Origin: Orbicella franksi
Taxonomy: Eukaryota
Assembly (NCBI GenBank): GCA_964199315.1
Contig: OZ116703.1
Span: 14,942,001-15,006,000 of the forward strand
Length of the DNA stretch: 64,000 nt
Reading direction: 5' to 3'
Shown: piece after piece, positions 47,084-60,744 of the stretch
How positions within the stretch are numbered: position 1 is the stretch's first letter
How the letters are laid out: every line of letters begins with the position of its first letter
Made by a program: the position numbers and the translations under genes
The notes under the pieces: model-generated
Database searches by the model: none
Told to the model about the DNA's origin: nothing
Seen by the model: only the letters and a program-made list of their open reading frames with translations

Positions 47084-49235
47084 AACAATCTTTCCCGGGG
47101 TTGTCTCTCTCTAGAGGAAGGAGAGGACCCTGAAAACAAGGCTGCTTTTGTCGTAAATTCAGTTGGGAAAAATTTGGAAGAACGTCTCACTTCGTTACAT
47201 AAGGTCAATTAACGTGGTTAGCTAGTTCTCCTGACCTAGCCATTATTTAGAAGAAACTTAAGATGAGAGCTACATCAGTTCAGTTTCCATTTGTTGTACC
47301 GTCTGTGTACAATGTGAATCAACAAGCCGCAATTGTTGTCATCACCTGATACTGCAGCTTGCACGTGTACAAGTACATTTTGAATCGAGGTGTCTGCGTG
47401 AACAGCTGCACTCAATATAACTGTTATTTACAAAAATCACAAAATCAAAAGCAGCTTGAACATTTTCAGCTTGAAAATTGTCTAAACATTAGAGCCTGTT
47501 GCATCACGCCCCCCGCCCAATGATAGACTTTCTTTGTACTGTAGTTCCAAACAATACTGAATGCGTCTTTTTCAGTTACTTAGTTGATACATGCAGAAAC
47601 GTTCGATTGAAGGGTTAACCCTGTAAAACAGTGGCAAGGTGTTGCAAAATATTTTGATGAGTGCATGTATTCTATTAGTTGCGAGATGAAATCAATTCTT
47701 GCTTAGATTCGGAAAATTTGGATATCGCGTGTTATCGGTCTTGGCTTTCCATTTCTAATAAAAACAATAAATTCTTGTTTATACAGGGTGACCATCAGAT
47801 GAAACTGCTATCAAACGTGGGCCCTGTGTGAAAAAATGAATAAATAGCTATAAGGAAAGTGCAAAACTGGACGACGAAAACTTAAAGTTTTAGGATTCTT
47901 GTGTCACTCGTTGCTAACTCTCGAAACAGCTGCACTGACATGGTTTTCAGGAGAAGAAACGTGGGTCCTGACGACACATACCAAGAAGCTAAGCCTTAAA
48001 CGAAATAAATATTTCTTCAAGTTCATAGAATTCTCTGTCGGTAACAAAATGAACGCCTGCCCCACTGAACCTAGACTTCTGATGTCTGACTGGCTTGCGG
48101 GCTAGCTTGACATTTCCAGGGCAAAGAATTAAACGTTGTGTGTGGTTTTTCACACGTTAAGAACTAGCTAGTCGGCTAAGGGCCGGGACTCAGTTGAGGT
48201 CAATACACTATGTACCTCTGGCATAACCTGATCCACTTTATGAGTCTAGTAATTCAATTACGGGAGGAAAGTTTAAGTGTTTCAATTAGAAGTTTGTCAT
48301 TCATCTTGAACGTGTATAACGTTTGTGTATCAATAAAGTAACTGCTTATGTAGCCTCTAAACACACTGTTTATATCAGTTTTAGTTTCTTCCTATGGCGA
48401 CACGATCCACAGTCAAGAGTTCAGAAGCTTCACACTTGTTTAAAGGCTTCAATAGGAAAATCCACCGTTTTGGAGAAGAAAGTGACTCAGCAGGTTTAGA
48501 ACACGTTACAAGAAACTTATCTAGTTAACAGATACAAAACAAGAGGCTATACGTATTTCCTGCTTATTTTCCCTAGCGGACATACGCACACTTCTTTCGA
48601 CCTCACGGGTCTGAAATCCAACCCAGCATAAAATAATTTCCGTTCGTAGTTCACGAGGTATTATGTTCTTTTCGTGACCAAATCTTGCTGATTCATTCAG
48701 GTGCTCAACTGGTTTTCCAAATAATTTATATGAGCTGAGGTAGGATTTTAACACAAAGAATTTTGGAGAAAAATAAGACGCACGTCTAAGCAAGAAACAA
48801 AAGTTTAATACACAAGAGGCCTTTTTATTTAGTTGTAGTGGTACGTGGTAATTGGGTTGTACTCAACAAATGGCTTCAGGGCCTGAATTAAAATTTGCTT
48901 AGAACATCAACTGTTTTTTGTTTTATTTTTTTGAAGTTGGGTTTGTTTTTCGTCAGTTCTGCAGTTTTCATGCAAATAGATTGTAGATTTTATTTTGAGT
49001 ACCATGCACACAAGTGCTGATAACAGCTACTCGTTTAGATTTTAAAGACACAAAACTTCAAGCTAAAGTCACGTTCGTTCGCGTGAAATAAAATACAGGA
49101 AACCTCTAACGAGCTGTCATAAGTAAATTACTGATAATAAACGGTGTTGCTGTTTATGAGCATATAAAAATACAGTCAGATATGTTTTTTTCGTGAAAAG
49201 CATGTTGTTGACACACCGTTCTTATTGTACTCGAA

Positions 49236-50564
49236 ATGGCGAATATGTTTGCAAGACTTGTTACCGCAGTGTTAAATGTCATGAGCACAGAGACTTCGTG
49301 GGAGCAAACAAAGACATTTGCCGGACATGTAACTGCAAGAATAGGTTTTACAGCTAACGCTACGCCACCGGTATTTAGCCTACACGAAGAAATGCTCTTA
49401 AAGATTTTAAGTTTTCTTTCCCCTGAAGATTTGCTCCGCTTTTCTCGAGTTTCCCGAATGTGCTACCGACTATCATTAGATCGGTCCCTGTGGAGGCATG
49501 TTGATCTGAGGAGCTTCGCTTCACGTCTGAACGATCCTGCAAAACTGGAACTGCTCATTTTCAAACGATTTTCAAACAAAATACGATGCCTCGATTTGAG
49601 TGGATTTACCGTGTCAGAGGGAAATCTTAACACCCTTGCTATTTCTTGCAGACAGTTGCGGGTTTTGAAACTGAAAAGTGTAACTTTTACGACTGATTCA
49701 AACAGAGACATTCAGAGGCATAACTCAGAACAAAGTGCGATTTTCCCAGGGAAACTCAATTGCCTTGATATTAGATTTTCACAAGGCCACCCCGGCGTGT
49801 TTCGAGTTATCGCCTCAAACCTCAGCAAAGTCGAAAGTCTAGGACTCTGTGACGCTTTTCTATACACCCTTCTTGAGGGTGGAATTTTGGAAGCAACCAT
49901 TGAAAGCATGAACAACCTGCGCGTGCTGGATCTCAGCCACTGCCGCTTACTGAAGGAAAACACCTTGGCTCTGTTCGCGCGCTGTAACAAGTTGGAAGTT
50001 TTGAGAGTGCGCAGATGTCCTATGCTGACGGGCAGTTCTGTTCAAGAGTTTCTGGAGTCTTGTACTCGTCTTAAGGCTTTAACACTCGACGGCATCAGCA
50101 TAGACGACCAAACTCTTCAAAGCATAAAGTGGGACAGTACTTTCTTGACTTCTCTTGAGTTGGGGTGGTGTCCGCTGATCACCCCAGTCGGCCTCAAGTT
50201 AACCCTGCGCAGGGTGTCAAAGATCCCAAGCTTGGAGTATTTAGGACTGTGTTCAATAGGAGGTGGAAAGGCATTGAATGATGAAATTCTTCTTGAGATG
50301 GCTGCCGGTATTTTGAAAGGTCAGTACGGGAGGCTAACAGAGGTTAACCTAAGTTGTTCGTGGCGCATAACAGAGGATGGCCTTAAGAGGCTTCGCCCCT
50401 TGGTGGGGACATTGGATACCACAAGTTGTCCAGTTTCGAACGGATTTCCAATGAGATACGACAAAAACAATAACATTGAACGAAGTACCAGAAAAATAAG
50501 CAAAGGAAAGCACATTTCTAGTCACTTTACCAGATTTGAATGGTGCCTAGAAACGCCACTTTGA
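49236..50564 (+). CDS. Intronless F-box/leucine-rich-repeat protein (paralog 1), 442 aa
   Basis: F-box FSLHEEMLLKILSFLSPEDLLRFSRVSRMCYRLSLDRSLWRHVDL, followed by Cys-containing LRRs (CLDLSG, VLDLSHC, LRVRRC, LELGWC, VNLSCS). Confidence 0.9.
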   Translation: MANMFARLVTAVLNVMSTETSWEQTKTFAGHVTARIGFTANATPPVFSLHEEMLLKILSFLSPEDLLRFSRVSRMCYRLSLDRSLWRHVDLRSFASRLNDPAKLELLIFKRFSNKIRCLDLSGFTVSEGNLNTLAISCRQLRVLKLKSVTFTTDSNRDIQRHNSEQSAIFPGKLNCLDIRFSQGHPGVFRVIASNLSKVESLGLCDAFLYTLLEGGILEATIESMNNLRVLDLSHCRLLKENTLALFARCNKLEVLRVRRCPMLTGSSVQEFLESCTRLKALTLDGISIDDQTLQSIKWDSTFLTSLELGWCPLITPVGLKLTLRRVSKIPSLEYLGLCSIGGGKALNDEILLEMAAGILKGQYGRLTEVNLSCSWRITEDGLKRLRPLVGTLDTTSCPVSNGFPMRYDKNNNIERSTRKISKGKHISSHFTRFEWCLETPL

Positions 50565-51176
50565 TTTTAAATCATTTCGACCGTTCGTAAGTCGCCGTCA
50601 GTCGTCTATAGCCGTCAAAAAGCGTTTTAATCTTATTCACAATACACGTGGATATGAACGAGATGGAACCAGCAAATAATTAAAGAACATGCAGGTTAAA
50701 TAAGTCAGTTTTTACATATTCTTGAAGTTATTTTCCAATTCGAAATTCCAAGATAGTATAGCCGTGTCTGCTATGTCTCATTTTCCAAGATGTTTCTTCG
50801 CGCCGTCCTGGAATGACTGAGCAGTTTGTTCATTGTTCAGTTTGATAGTAGGTTGAAAATAAAGTATTTTAGTTAATTCACTGCTTAGTCTCTTGTAATT
50901 TTGTTAAGAATAAGTGATAAACTTTAATTCGTGTTCATGTGTTATCCTATTAATAAAAGGTCTGCCACACTCCTCAGCACACGTGCGACGATTCGATTTT
51001 TGGACCGCCGATCCAAGTGTCATGATGTGGCTTCCTTTTCCATTGTTCTCATAAAAACTGTTAAGGTTGTAGTAATAGTATTTAAGAAAATATTTATCAG
51101 TTGTTTTCACGGTATATTTTGCATCGTTTTGTGAAGATTGAAGTTCTCGATCTCGCCCCATAAGAAAATGTCAGAG

Positions 51177-51231
51177 CCCGGGGGGGGGGGATACTTTGGG
51201 AATTTCTGGGTGGGGATGTTCCGCTGGGACC

Positions 51232-51262
<31 letters not shown>

Positions 51263-51574
51263 CAGCTGAATTTTGCTAACCTATACTAGAGTAAACTCCC
51301 CAAATCCTTCCATCTATCGACACTGTTGAGGCTGATTTGCGTAAATTTAAACTTGCCGATTTGATTTTTTTATATTTTTGAGTGGCAATTTCTGGTTTCC
51401 TTACTCTAGATAAAATCTTCTACCAACCGGTCAGTTTTGTAAAAATGATACCATATTATAGACCCAAGCGCTCTGATTTATATACTCTATCCTAGAGTAA
51501 ACTGCTTGAAAACCATACCCGTCACAGCGGTACATACCTATATAGCCCATATATGGCAGTGCCCCCCCCCCGGG
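51177..51574. mobile_element. CCCGGG(G)n...(C)nCGGG-terminated non-autonomous element
   Basis: Inverted homopolymer termini. GTCAGAG occurs on both flanks (probable 7-8 bp TSD). Confidence 0.65.
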
Positions 51575-53212
51575 GGGGTCAGAGGCGGGACAGTGATGTT
51601 CCGAAGACCAAAGATCGTGTAACGAAGTGTCACGCGAAAATCGGAAATCATTGGTAGTGGCACATGCTACTGAGTCGAATGATTAAAAACTTCCAGGGTC
51701 GACCCGGCAACGTCGCACGTGCGCATTATCGTGACACGATCCCTTAAACTTTTTCAAAATGTCGAATGTTGCATGAGCTTATAGATGGCGCGGTTACTTT
51801 TAACGAGATATTGAGAGTCTCCCCTACCCCCCTTCCCACTCCGAAGAGTAATTTTGATACTTATGCCGCCTACTAAGAATTTTCCATAGCAGTGAGATAT
51901 TAATAGAAAAAGGGCTGCTGTGCTCTTAGAACTAAAAGAAAAGTCTTATCTTCGTTTAGTTTTACATGAAACGTTGCCTGGGTTAGGCTCGATTAACTGC
52001 CGTCCCCGACAGAGCGGCGGAAATCGAGCTCATGTCACGAGGAACGTCTTGGTATGAATGTCACGGGATTCCAAGTTAACCTTATGAGTGTCATCGCTCG
52101 GTGAAATCGGGTGATTTGAACTTGATTGTAGAACTGGGAGTAGTGAGGATGATAGGAAGGTAATGCCTCAGAACATCTCCTAAGGGTGAAGTATGTAGTA
52201 AATATGAGATGGGGCCCAGAATAGAACGCTGTGTGACACCACAAAGTAGCGGGACCAAAAGGCGAGTGAGTCGCGTTTTTTCGCAGGCGAGACAAGACGC
52301 AACTCAACTGATCGTTCATACAAAGGTAAAACTGGAATTTTACTCAATTCTCGACCAATGAATAGGAACCTCCAATTGATGACCTGGACAATTTCAGATT
52401 AAAAATTCTTTATGGTTCTTACTTTAATGTGGGGTAGAATCGTAAGATGGTTCTATCGGACTGAATTGTGATCAAAACCATGTCTTAAGAGGAACTCAGG
52501 AAAAACATAACTGAGTTTGAATGCAATTGATTTGCAGGCCAGCTGGCTAGTTCTTCAACTTAAACTGGACGCATTGAAATCTCTCCTAATTACTAGATTT
52601 GACCGCAGGTGATCTTTCTAGTCTCTACCCGAAAAAGAGCGCTTGATAAGGTGGTAGATTGATTACGCCTCTGACAAAAACTGTAGGAATCAGACTCCCT
52701 GTGGTCTGACCTTTGCTACATGCCCAATCTTGGCCTCCATACTTCTAGGTTACTTCACCGACTAAAATGAATTGCCTGTGAAGGCCTACTCGTGGTTTTG
52801 GGCGGTCGTTTCATTGTACATGAATAACTGTATATTTGTAAACACTTATCCCCGAAAGTTAACATAAGGAAATAACACTATGACATCAAGATTACAACCT
52901 CAAGAAGCCATTTGAGTTTAGTTAGTCACATGAACGACACTGAAAATATCCCGTATCTTTAACTTTGTTGGTTTTCCACTGTTGGACACAACAATCTTCA
53001 ACTAATAATTGTGCTTCTTAATTTATTGGTGGTCATTTTAGGAAACATATTCGTTGTAGAATAGCTTGTGCCCAATGTCTCCACAAAAAGTTCATCCTGT
53101 GTTTAATGCCATGAGCAACTTAGGTTAAGAGACGATAGTTGTTTGCCATACCATTGCGCTAAATCTGGAAGCCATCCTAAGAAGAATTCCATCATTCCGC
53201 CTACCATTTAAT

Positions 53213-54440
53213 CCCCCCAGGGGGTACTCCCAGAAAAATCGGATGGGGGTGTGCGGCCCGCTTCCCAAAACCCTTACCTATTTAAGACTAAAATCTGTGA
53301 TTTTCCCTACCCTATTTATGACCTGACCAAAAATTTCATGCCCTATTTACACCTGACCCTTAAATCAGTGCTGTTTCAGACCTGGTTTATAACTTGTTAC
53401 CTAGTTCAGACCAATTTATAGGCATTGTGAAGGGCTTTTGTTGATGGTAAGATAAGATAAGATAAGATAAGATAAGATAAGGTAACTTTAGTTATACACG
53501 GTTTTTCCGTCAGTCAACAAAGTTACTGGACTATCTACCTGTCTGCCTAACTACAATAGAAATTTTAAAAAAATGCTTTTCATGGAGGCCGTGTCTAAAA
53601 ATTCACTTAAAATTAAGATATTACTTTAAACTGTGGCGACTTAATTTAGATTTGAAATTGGTCAGTGAAGATGCTTGTCTTAGGTCTATAGGTAAGTTGT
53701 TACGCTACTGAGCTCCGCTGTGCGAAAAACTTCTCTTAAGATAATCAGTTCGAGGTTGTGGAAGAACTAATTTGTTTTCGGTATGCCTTAAACGATAAGC
53801 ATTTACGTTGTCACGATATACGAATCTTGATCTCAGATAATCAGGTGTCATACCATGTAACGTTTTATTAGGATAGACTTCTGTTCCAATCTTTGACAGT
53901 AGAGTCTTCGCCACCCTTGTGTCCGGAACAAATCATCCAAATTACTATCATAGCTCGCAGACATTAGGGTGCGAGCTGCGCGATTTTGAAGCCTTTGCAG
54001 TTTTCCGGAAAGACCCTTGTTACAGTTTCACCACAGTACATTGCAATAATCAAAATGTGGTTGAACAAGGCTATCATAAACTTTAATTAAAACATTAAAT
54101 GGAGTGAGACGCTGAATTCGTTTAACTGATTGAACCAATGGCACAAGCTATCTTCTTAGAGATATTTTCAATATGACACTCCCAGTTTAGGAGTAATGAT
54201 GAATATATAGCTTTGTCCAAAAAAAAAAACAAAAAAAAACCATGCCGAATTTAGGACTAGAGTGCAAAAACCATACCCTATTTCAGGCCAAAATGGTCAA
54301 AATCGATACCCTATTTAAGACCAAAATTGCTTAAAGACCAAACCCTTTGGAGCCGCGCATACCTATATACACCTACCGATACCTTTTTTTTTTTTTTCAT
54401 TTTTTTTTATATAGCCCGTATAAGGGGGTACCCCTCGGGG
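53213..54440 (+). mobile_element. CCCGGG-family element split by a LINE insertion
   Basis: Left half 53213-53448 and right half 54194-54440 join to match the uninterrupted copy at 24180-24506. Confidence 0.75.
53449..54193 (-). mobile_element. 5'-truncated CR1/L2-group LINE, 3' end of RT ORF plus microsatellite tail
   Basis: Degenerate translation ISKKIA...DSLVQPHFDYCNVLW...LQRLQNRAAR...PQPRTDYLKRSFSHSGAQ. (ATCTT)6 tail at 53449-53478. Confidence 0.85.
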
Positions 54441-55724
54441 CAATGAACATAGCACTATGCGCAGGGTTGACTTGAAACAGATTGGAGTGATATACCGCCC
54501 TAATGAACAGAATAATCGAGAATAATCAGATAATCGAGTTTCTTAGGAAATGTAGGTGCACTTATCCTTATTAGTAAGTCTAAGTTATCTAACTGTATGA
54601 TTGTTTGAATCAGTTTTAGACCTAACACTTTTCAGTTTTAGAACATGCAGCTGCTTCCAAGAAGGAGCCGGGTGTTCAAGGTTTCCACTAACCCGCTAAA
54701 TCCGCTCGGATCAAGACATAGTATCTTGTTCGTTGTCTGAAAACCGTTTGAAAATGAGCAGTTTTATTTTTACAGGATCGCGAAGGCGTGAAGCAAAGCG
54801 GTTCAGATCAATAGTCTTCCAAACAAATGATAACAAGAGAGGATGATAAGATAATAACGGTAGGACATTTGGTAGACTTGGAAAAGGAGGATCAAGTGCT
54901 TAGAGGACAGGAAACTAAGGTCCTCCACGTGTAACGCAATCGAGCAAACTTGACGCCAAGAACTACAAGTTTGGTTTAATATGTATGTTTCCACAGTCAA
55001 AGGCTGGGAATTAGCTCTTGGTAACACGTTTCCTAGGTAACGCCCCTGACATATTTTTCGCTGTAGGAACAGCATTTTAAAACTAGCTAGACTTCTGAAT
55101 TGTATCTATAAAAGGAATAGGTTTTTATTGCATACGGTTCGAAGAGTTTTTTTAAGAAAAATAGCAAAATTTTGACATGTTTTTAAAAACATTTGGATAG
55201 TTCAGATAGGTATGTGTAAAGGCCACAAATTCTGTCATTAGCATGGTAGCTCACACGATGCCGATTCTTTTGCTCTTTTTTCTCTGTCGTGCATGTGGAG
55301 ATCAGGTCAAGCAAAGTTTCTTTTTCAAGGGAACGACACGATTACAGAGCCGGCCAGGACGAGCTGAACCTCAGCTGCTTTCCGATCGGAAGTCCTCTCT
55401 GCTAAGAAGATCAAACTCAGTTGTAATCTTCATCGTGGGTGATTACACTGTGAGATAAACAATAATCGGTTCACGGTAGGTAATTGTGATGTGACTAAAC
55501 CTGTATTTTTGTTGTTCATTGACTGAAGGGTTCTTTTGGAAATTTTTACTGACTAGAAGTAAAATGATCTTCCGGGAGTTAAAACGCACTTTCCTAGGGT
55601 TTAAGCAATACTCTATTAGTCTACTTTATGTTCATTATACAAGAGTATTCTTTTTCCTTTTAGTTTCAGGACCATAATCATTACTTAATTTCCTGGGACC
55701 GGCAAATGAGTTTGAAAACTGAAC

Positions 55725-55987
55725 TACCGTGTGGCACGAAATGTTTGCGAGTTCTAATTTTTGCGATTTTCGGGTTTTTTCCACGATCCGCAAAAAAAAA
55801 AATGTTCCCGCAACAATTTCCTCTGCTAGCGAAAGTATACAAACAAACCTCTCATGCAGAATCTTGTTGATGCCATTTATTTAAAACTCGAAAAACCGGG
55901 CTTTCACAACGGCAAAAATTAGTACCCTCAAAATGCAAAAAATCGCCGATTCGCAAAACTCCCTCAAAAATTTCGAGCTGCACGATA
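55725..55987. mobile_element. MITE
   Basis: TACCGTGTGGCACGAAAT and ATTTCGAGCTGCACGATA are imperfect TIRs, with internal TTTGCG/CGCAAA motifs. Confidence 0.55.
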
Positions 55988-57934
55988 CTCAATATTCCAT
56001 GGAGATTTAAAGCCGGCTTTAATTACTCATTGATAATATTTTTCAGTTTTTTCAGCCATCCTTTTGTCTTCATTATTCTGCCACGTCACTCTCCAATGAT
56101 GCAACGACATCCGGTGGGGAAATGTTTGCTATCAGTCCGGGCAGATTTTTGCCTCGAAACAACTAAACTAATAAAAAAAGATTTAAAAGCTGCTTAGCCT
56201 GCGATCGCTTCGCTCTCCCAATTCTTAAGTTTAGGAATTTTTTTCCGTCCTCACCGGAGCCTGTTTAAGAACAAGTTTGTCCAGAATTTAAAAGCCGTCC
56301 CCTCCCTTGCCGAAAGGGGCTATTCGCTTTTCACAACGAGTTAGCTTTGGTTGTATATTAAGAGATTTTTTCGAATACATCTAGAATTATGCATGAGTCC
56401 TTTCTCTGTCATGTGGGCATGAAAACTCAATATTGGTTTACGTTCACAGTATGGCTGTAAATCTTGATCACATCAATCCAGGAAGGGTTTATGAAATAAT
56501 TTTTAGTGTTTAGTTTCAGTAGTTGACCGGCTACCATTTGAACGAGGATTTCTTTACTGGGTTGATAGAGTGCGAAGGATAGGCCATTGGTGCTACATTT
56601 TCACAAAGGCCTGTGTGGTATTCCCACAAACCCTAGACTTCTTACTTCATGGCGAATCGCCTGACTATTGTTCCAATGAAAGAGCGGTTAAGGTTATGAA
56701 TGAAGCTCGAATTTCTTTTTGTAAATTCTCGTTGTTTGGACTAAACAGGGCGGACACTCGAGACTTTTGTAATGTAACATATAAGACTGTGTTTTGGTAT
56801 AGATTTCGTCTTTTGAACTCCCACAAAATTCTTTTCGCCTTCTTGAGGAGAGGATATCCTACTATCCGGGGATTACAAAAACAAAATAGAGGGACACTGA
56901 GGATACTCGTCTTAGTCTCATTTATAGATTTGTGAATAGACCAATGGGGTGTTGCAGTTAAGATGGAGCGAGATTCACTCTGATTTTGTTTCCGATTTCT
57001 TCCTGTCGCTGTCGTAATTTCAACACACGTTATATTGTTCATCGTTATTTCATTTCTTTGTGAGAATACACCCTAACAGGGCTTTCAGCAATTATACCCT
57101 CAGACACTTCTTTTTTTTGTTATTCAAATTCATATTATCAGCGAAGTTATATACATCCAAAGTAGACGCAAACCCAAGGACAAACTTGTTAACCTCACCA
57201 CACTAAATCAAATATTCCTTATAGCCTGGCCTTGCTACACATTTCCTTCGTTCATTTGATATCTCAATCTTCAATCGACACATTGCGGCGAGAAACCCAT
57301 TCAATATTGAATACCTCGCAAAATGCGGCTACAATCACGACATTTGTTTCAACGGCACGAAACCTTAACACGGAAAAACGCAGACTGTTCATGTACACCG
57401 TTCGTAAGTGGCTTCCGACCGGCTTCCCAGCTAATCCCTCTTGAGCATATATTCTGCCTGCTGTGTAATTTAGCTTTCATTATATCAATCGTCGCTTATT
57501 TTTACACTCTTTTTTTAAAGGAATATTTTTTTTACCGGCCGAGGTTGAATATTCTTATTTTTCTGCCAATGTTAGGTTGAAAATATTCTTGTGAATATTC
57601 TTAGATTAAAGCGTATGACATTTCTGTTTTTGAATGTATTTAGAGCCTGGGTGGTGTTAAAGTAATCTTGAAGCCAGACTGTAAGCATTATATGACGCCT
57701 ATAACTTTTTGCAGAAAGGTTATTGGCATCGAGCAATCGTTTATTCTTAAAATACTCTTAGAATTTCGCAAATTTCATATTCTTATAAAGCATATTCTTA
57801 TAAAAAAAGACTAAAGGGTGTTGCAAATTCCATGACCCTAAAAAGGAAATCGCAATACTATCCGCTTACAATTACAGAAAGAAAAAGAAACAAACATCCT
57901 TGGCCACTTAAAAAAAGCGGATATATAAAGGAAA

Positions 57935-58410
57935 ATGTTAGACGTAACATGTAAGTCCAAAAACCTTATCTACTTCATTGAATGTAAAAATGCACTCAGC
58001 GTTATTCTCCTTTGCCAATACACGACCATACACTGGGAACAAAAAAGGGCATCCTCAATTTCAATGAACGCTTTGGAGAACATTGTCGCAAAACACTACC
58101 GACGTAGTTACCTTATTACAGGTTCAAACCACTTGAAATTATCTCAGCACTCTGCATGTCAATAATCTCTCTGGAACTATTTCATAGTGATTCACCACTA
58201 CGTACTCTGTAAGAAAAGCATTTAAAGCACACTTGATTGACAAAGCTAAGACACTGAAGTCGGATATGTTTGTTTTGCTGGCGACCTATCATTATCATTT
58301 CTCTTATAGTTTAACTTTTATGTTGAAATCTTCACCTAGCGTGACTGCTCATTTTTCTCTTGTGGCTTCTCACTGAAGAAGGTTTTATATCGAGCAAACA
58401 TATTTTAGTA
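57935..58410 (+). mobile_element. Decayed Penelope-like retroelement 3' end (GIY-YIG endonuclease remnant)
   Basis: LDVTCKSKNLIYFIECK, then frameshifted (I)GEQKR..LNERFGEH, and a CACTGAAGAAGG tail motif. Confidence 0.7.
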
Positions 58411-60596
58411 TGTCGCTGTTCACGTTTCTAATTTGGTTTCTGTTTTCAGCTCTTAATGTCGTGAGGATTTGGGTCGGCTAGCAGCACTCGTAAGATCTCA
58501 CATGAATGGCTTGATACCCTTTGACAGGACAATAGAACAAACAACAGAAACAATTCCCCTAGCCCCAAAATAATAACAGCTGCTGACAATCAAAAGGATT
58601 ACAAGCTTATGAGTGCTGCTAAACCGACTCCTGCAGATGTTACCGCCGAGACTCCTACTGAAAGGTCGGGGATGCTGTTCGGAAGATTTATTTAAATCTC
58701 TAATGAAAACTTAAGTTGGCGCGGCTTAAGTTTTTTACGGTTGAAAGAGATTGCCTCAGCCATTTTAGTGTCTGAACAGGGTCTAGACCACCAACACAGT
58801 ACAACGGCGTTTTCATTTCTTGGCGTGCAACCCTAAACGAAACCTTGACGATACCAAAATCTACGTATTTCCCTACGCGAGATGACGAGCTTCCCGGCTT
58901 TTGCAGATGTAAATTCCCTGAGGGATTTACTTGTCATCGTTTCAATTGCTTGTGTATTGTGATGGAGACGCTTTGCTGCGAGCTAACAAAGAAGGCCGCC
59001 GAATTTTGACCCTATTGCCGGAGGAAGATCTTTTAAAATAGCTTCAGTACTCAGTGGGTATTACTGTCGCGTGCTAAGTCCCATGTAAACCTAAACGAGT
59101 CTTATGGCTCACATTTCGGGTTTCAACCCAAACAGAGATTTCCGGTGGATTTAGCACGTAACCTCTAAGACCCGGGAAACAGTGACGTATAAACGTGGCG
59201 ACCTGCTATCGCTACTCACAGGAAGTCCATTGGCAAATGTTATGGCGTTTGTTATCTGTCAAGTGGATATATGTACACAAGAAACGCTTCAAAATAAATG
59301 ATCGCCAGTTGACCTACCTGATTGAGACAACTGCAGTTCACATGAGCAATGCTATGTTATGATCCCCCAATCTGCGTAATGCCCGGATTAACGATTCGGC
59401 TTTAGCTAGGGCTTGTAAGCTAGAGAGAGCTTGTTTAATCGCATATTTGTCAACCAGGGTAGTTATTTAAATAAAGGGATGCTGTTATGTAAACTCGGGA
59501 ATGGTTGTACGAATGGGGGAACTTACCGTTTTAAATAATACATACAAATGAGGGGAGGTGTGGGGTGCATTGCAACTGAAGTAAAGACATCCAGTGCACC
59601 CCGGACTTCTCTTGGTACAACGGTTGAGCTCCGTGTCTACACATAAAAGAGGTCCTCGGATAGAATCCCTTTTTAGCTCTGCGACATCGTGCGCGACAGT
59701 TTCAGCGCACATCCCTTCACCCAGCTGCTATTTCCTTCCTAACGCTCCCCTGCTATACTAAACCGCGAGAACGCATCAGCGATCCACGCGAGCTGGCGCG
59801 CGGGGAGGTAAGGGTGCATAACTATGTGTATTTTTACAGGACATTTTCTACAAAATCTTAAACGGGTTTACTGCACTGCCGTCAAACTTTGAGCTCTCGA
59901 TGACATTTAATTCGTTTTCTTGACTGCTGTGATTTCGTAGGAGGAAGTAAAAATGTTACAGAGATTGGAATCCCGAAACCTCCACTTGAACTTCGAGTTG
60001 GACTTTGAGTTGAACCTAAATAGCGTTGTGGTTACCATAAGATGCGTTTCGGTTACCCCGCTGAAGAACGCTCAGCTTGGGCTGATTGTTACTCAGGTTA
60101 GCCTGTTTACCGGCTAAAGGTGACACGATATCTACCCAAAATTGTTGTCTTGAAGGCCAGTTTGGAGTCTAACTCGAGGTACAATTCGGTTTTCAACTCT
60201 ATAACTCACGACGTCCTGCAGGTTCACGGTCATCGAAGCTTTGAACAGTTTGAATTGCCGGTTTCAGTTCGAATTCTAGTTGGAGTTTGAGTTCGACTTT
60301 ATTTTAGCTTGTTAGCCTAAACAGGAATACGGTTAGCTTGTTTAAAGATAATGGTAAAGGTAACTCGCCAGCATTAATCTACCTCGATCTAAATCAAACT
60401 CGAGCCTCGATGCCTGGAGGTCGCGCTTCCTGCTTGCAGAAGCCAGCTGGCACGTGCAGATCAGTTCAGATTCACTGGACAGGGCTTAAATCAGGTAGAA
60501 ACTAGAATATAGAAGACAAGGCCAAAGCAAAACAGTGAGAAACAAGAAAACTGTCCTCTAAAAACACAAGAAATTACTTATCAAATATAACTTGTA

Positions 60597-60744
60597 ACTA
60601 CGTTTTTGGCTCACGTGCCTACCCAATCTCCTCTCCACTCTCGGGCTGACTCGTTCCGCGCGTTTTCGCCGCTCGCGCATCCGCTTGCTCGCCGGCTCGG
60701 CGAGGACGGAAAAAAAATTTGGCACGTGCAGAGAAACGTGACTA
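60597..60744. mobile_element. Short GC-rich MITE
   Basis: ACGTTTTTGGCTCACGTGCC and GGCACGTGCAGAGAAACGT are imperfect inverted ends. Confidence 0.45.

Noticed and set aside
54650-57600. Possible exons or signal-peptide ORF (55243) and ORFs at 56570/56665
   Set aside because: Candidate exons contain stops in all frames, there is no homology, and no third F-box copy was detectable.
59483-59960. Possible solo LTR starting TGTTATG
   Set aside because: No matching CA end with TSD, PBS or PPT could be identified.
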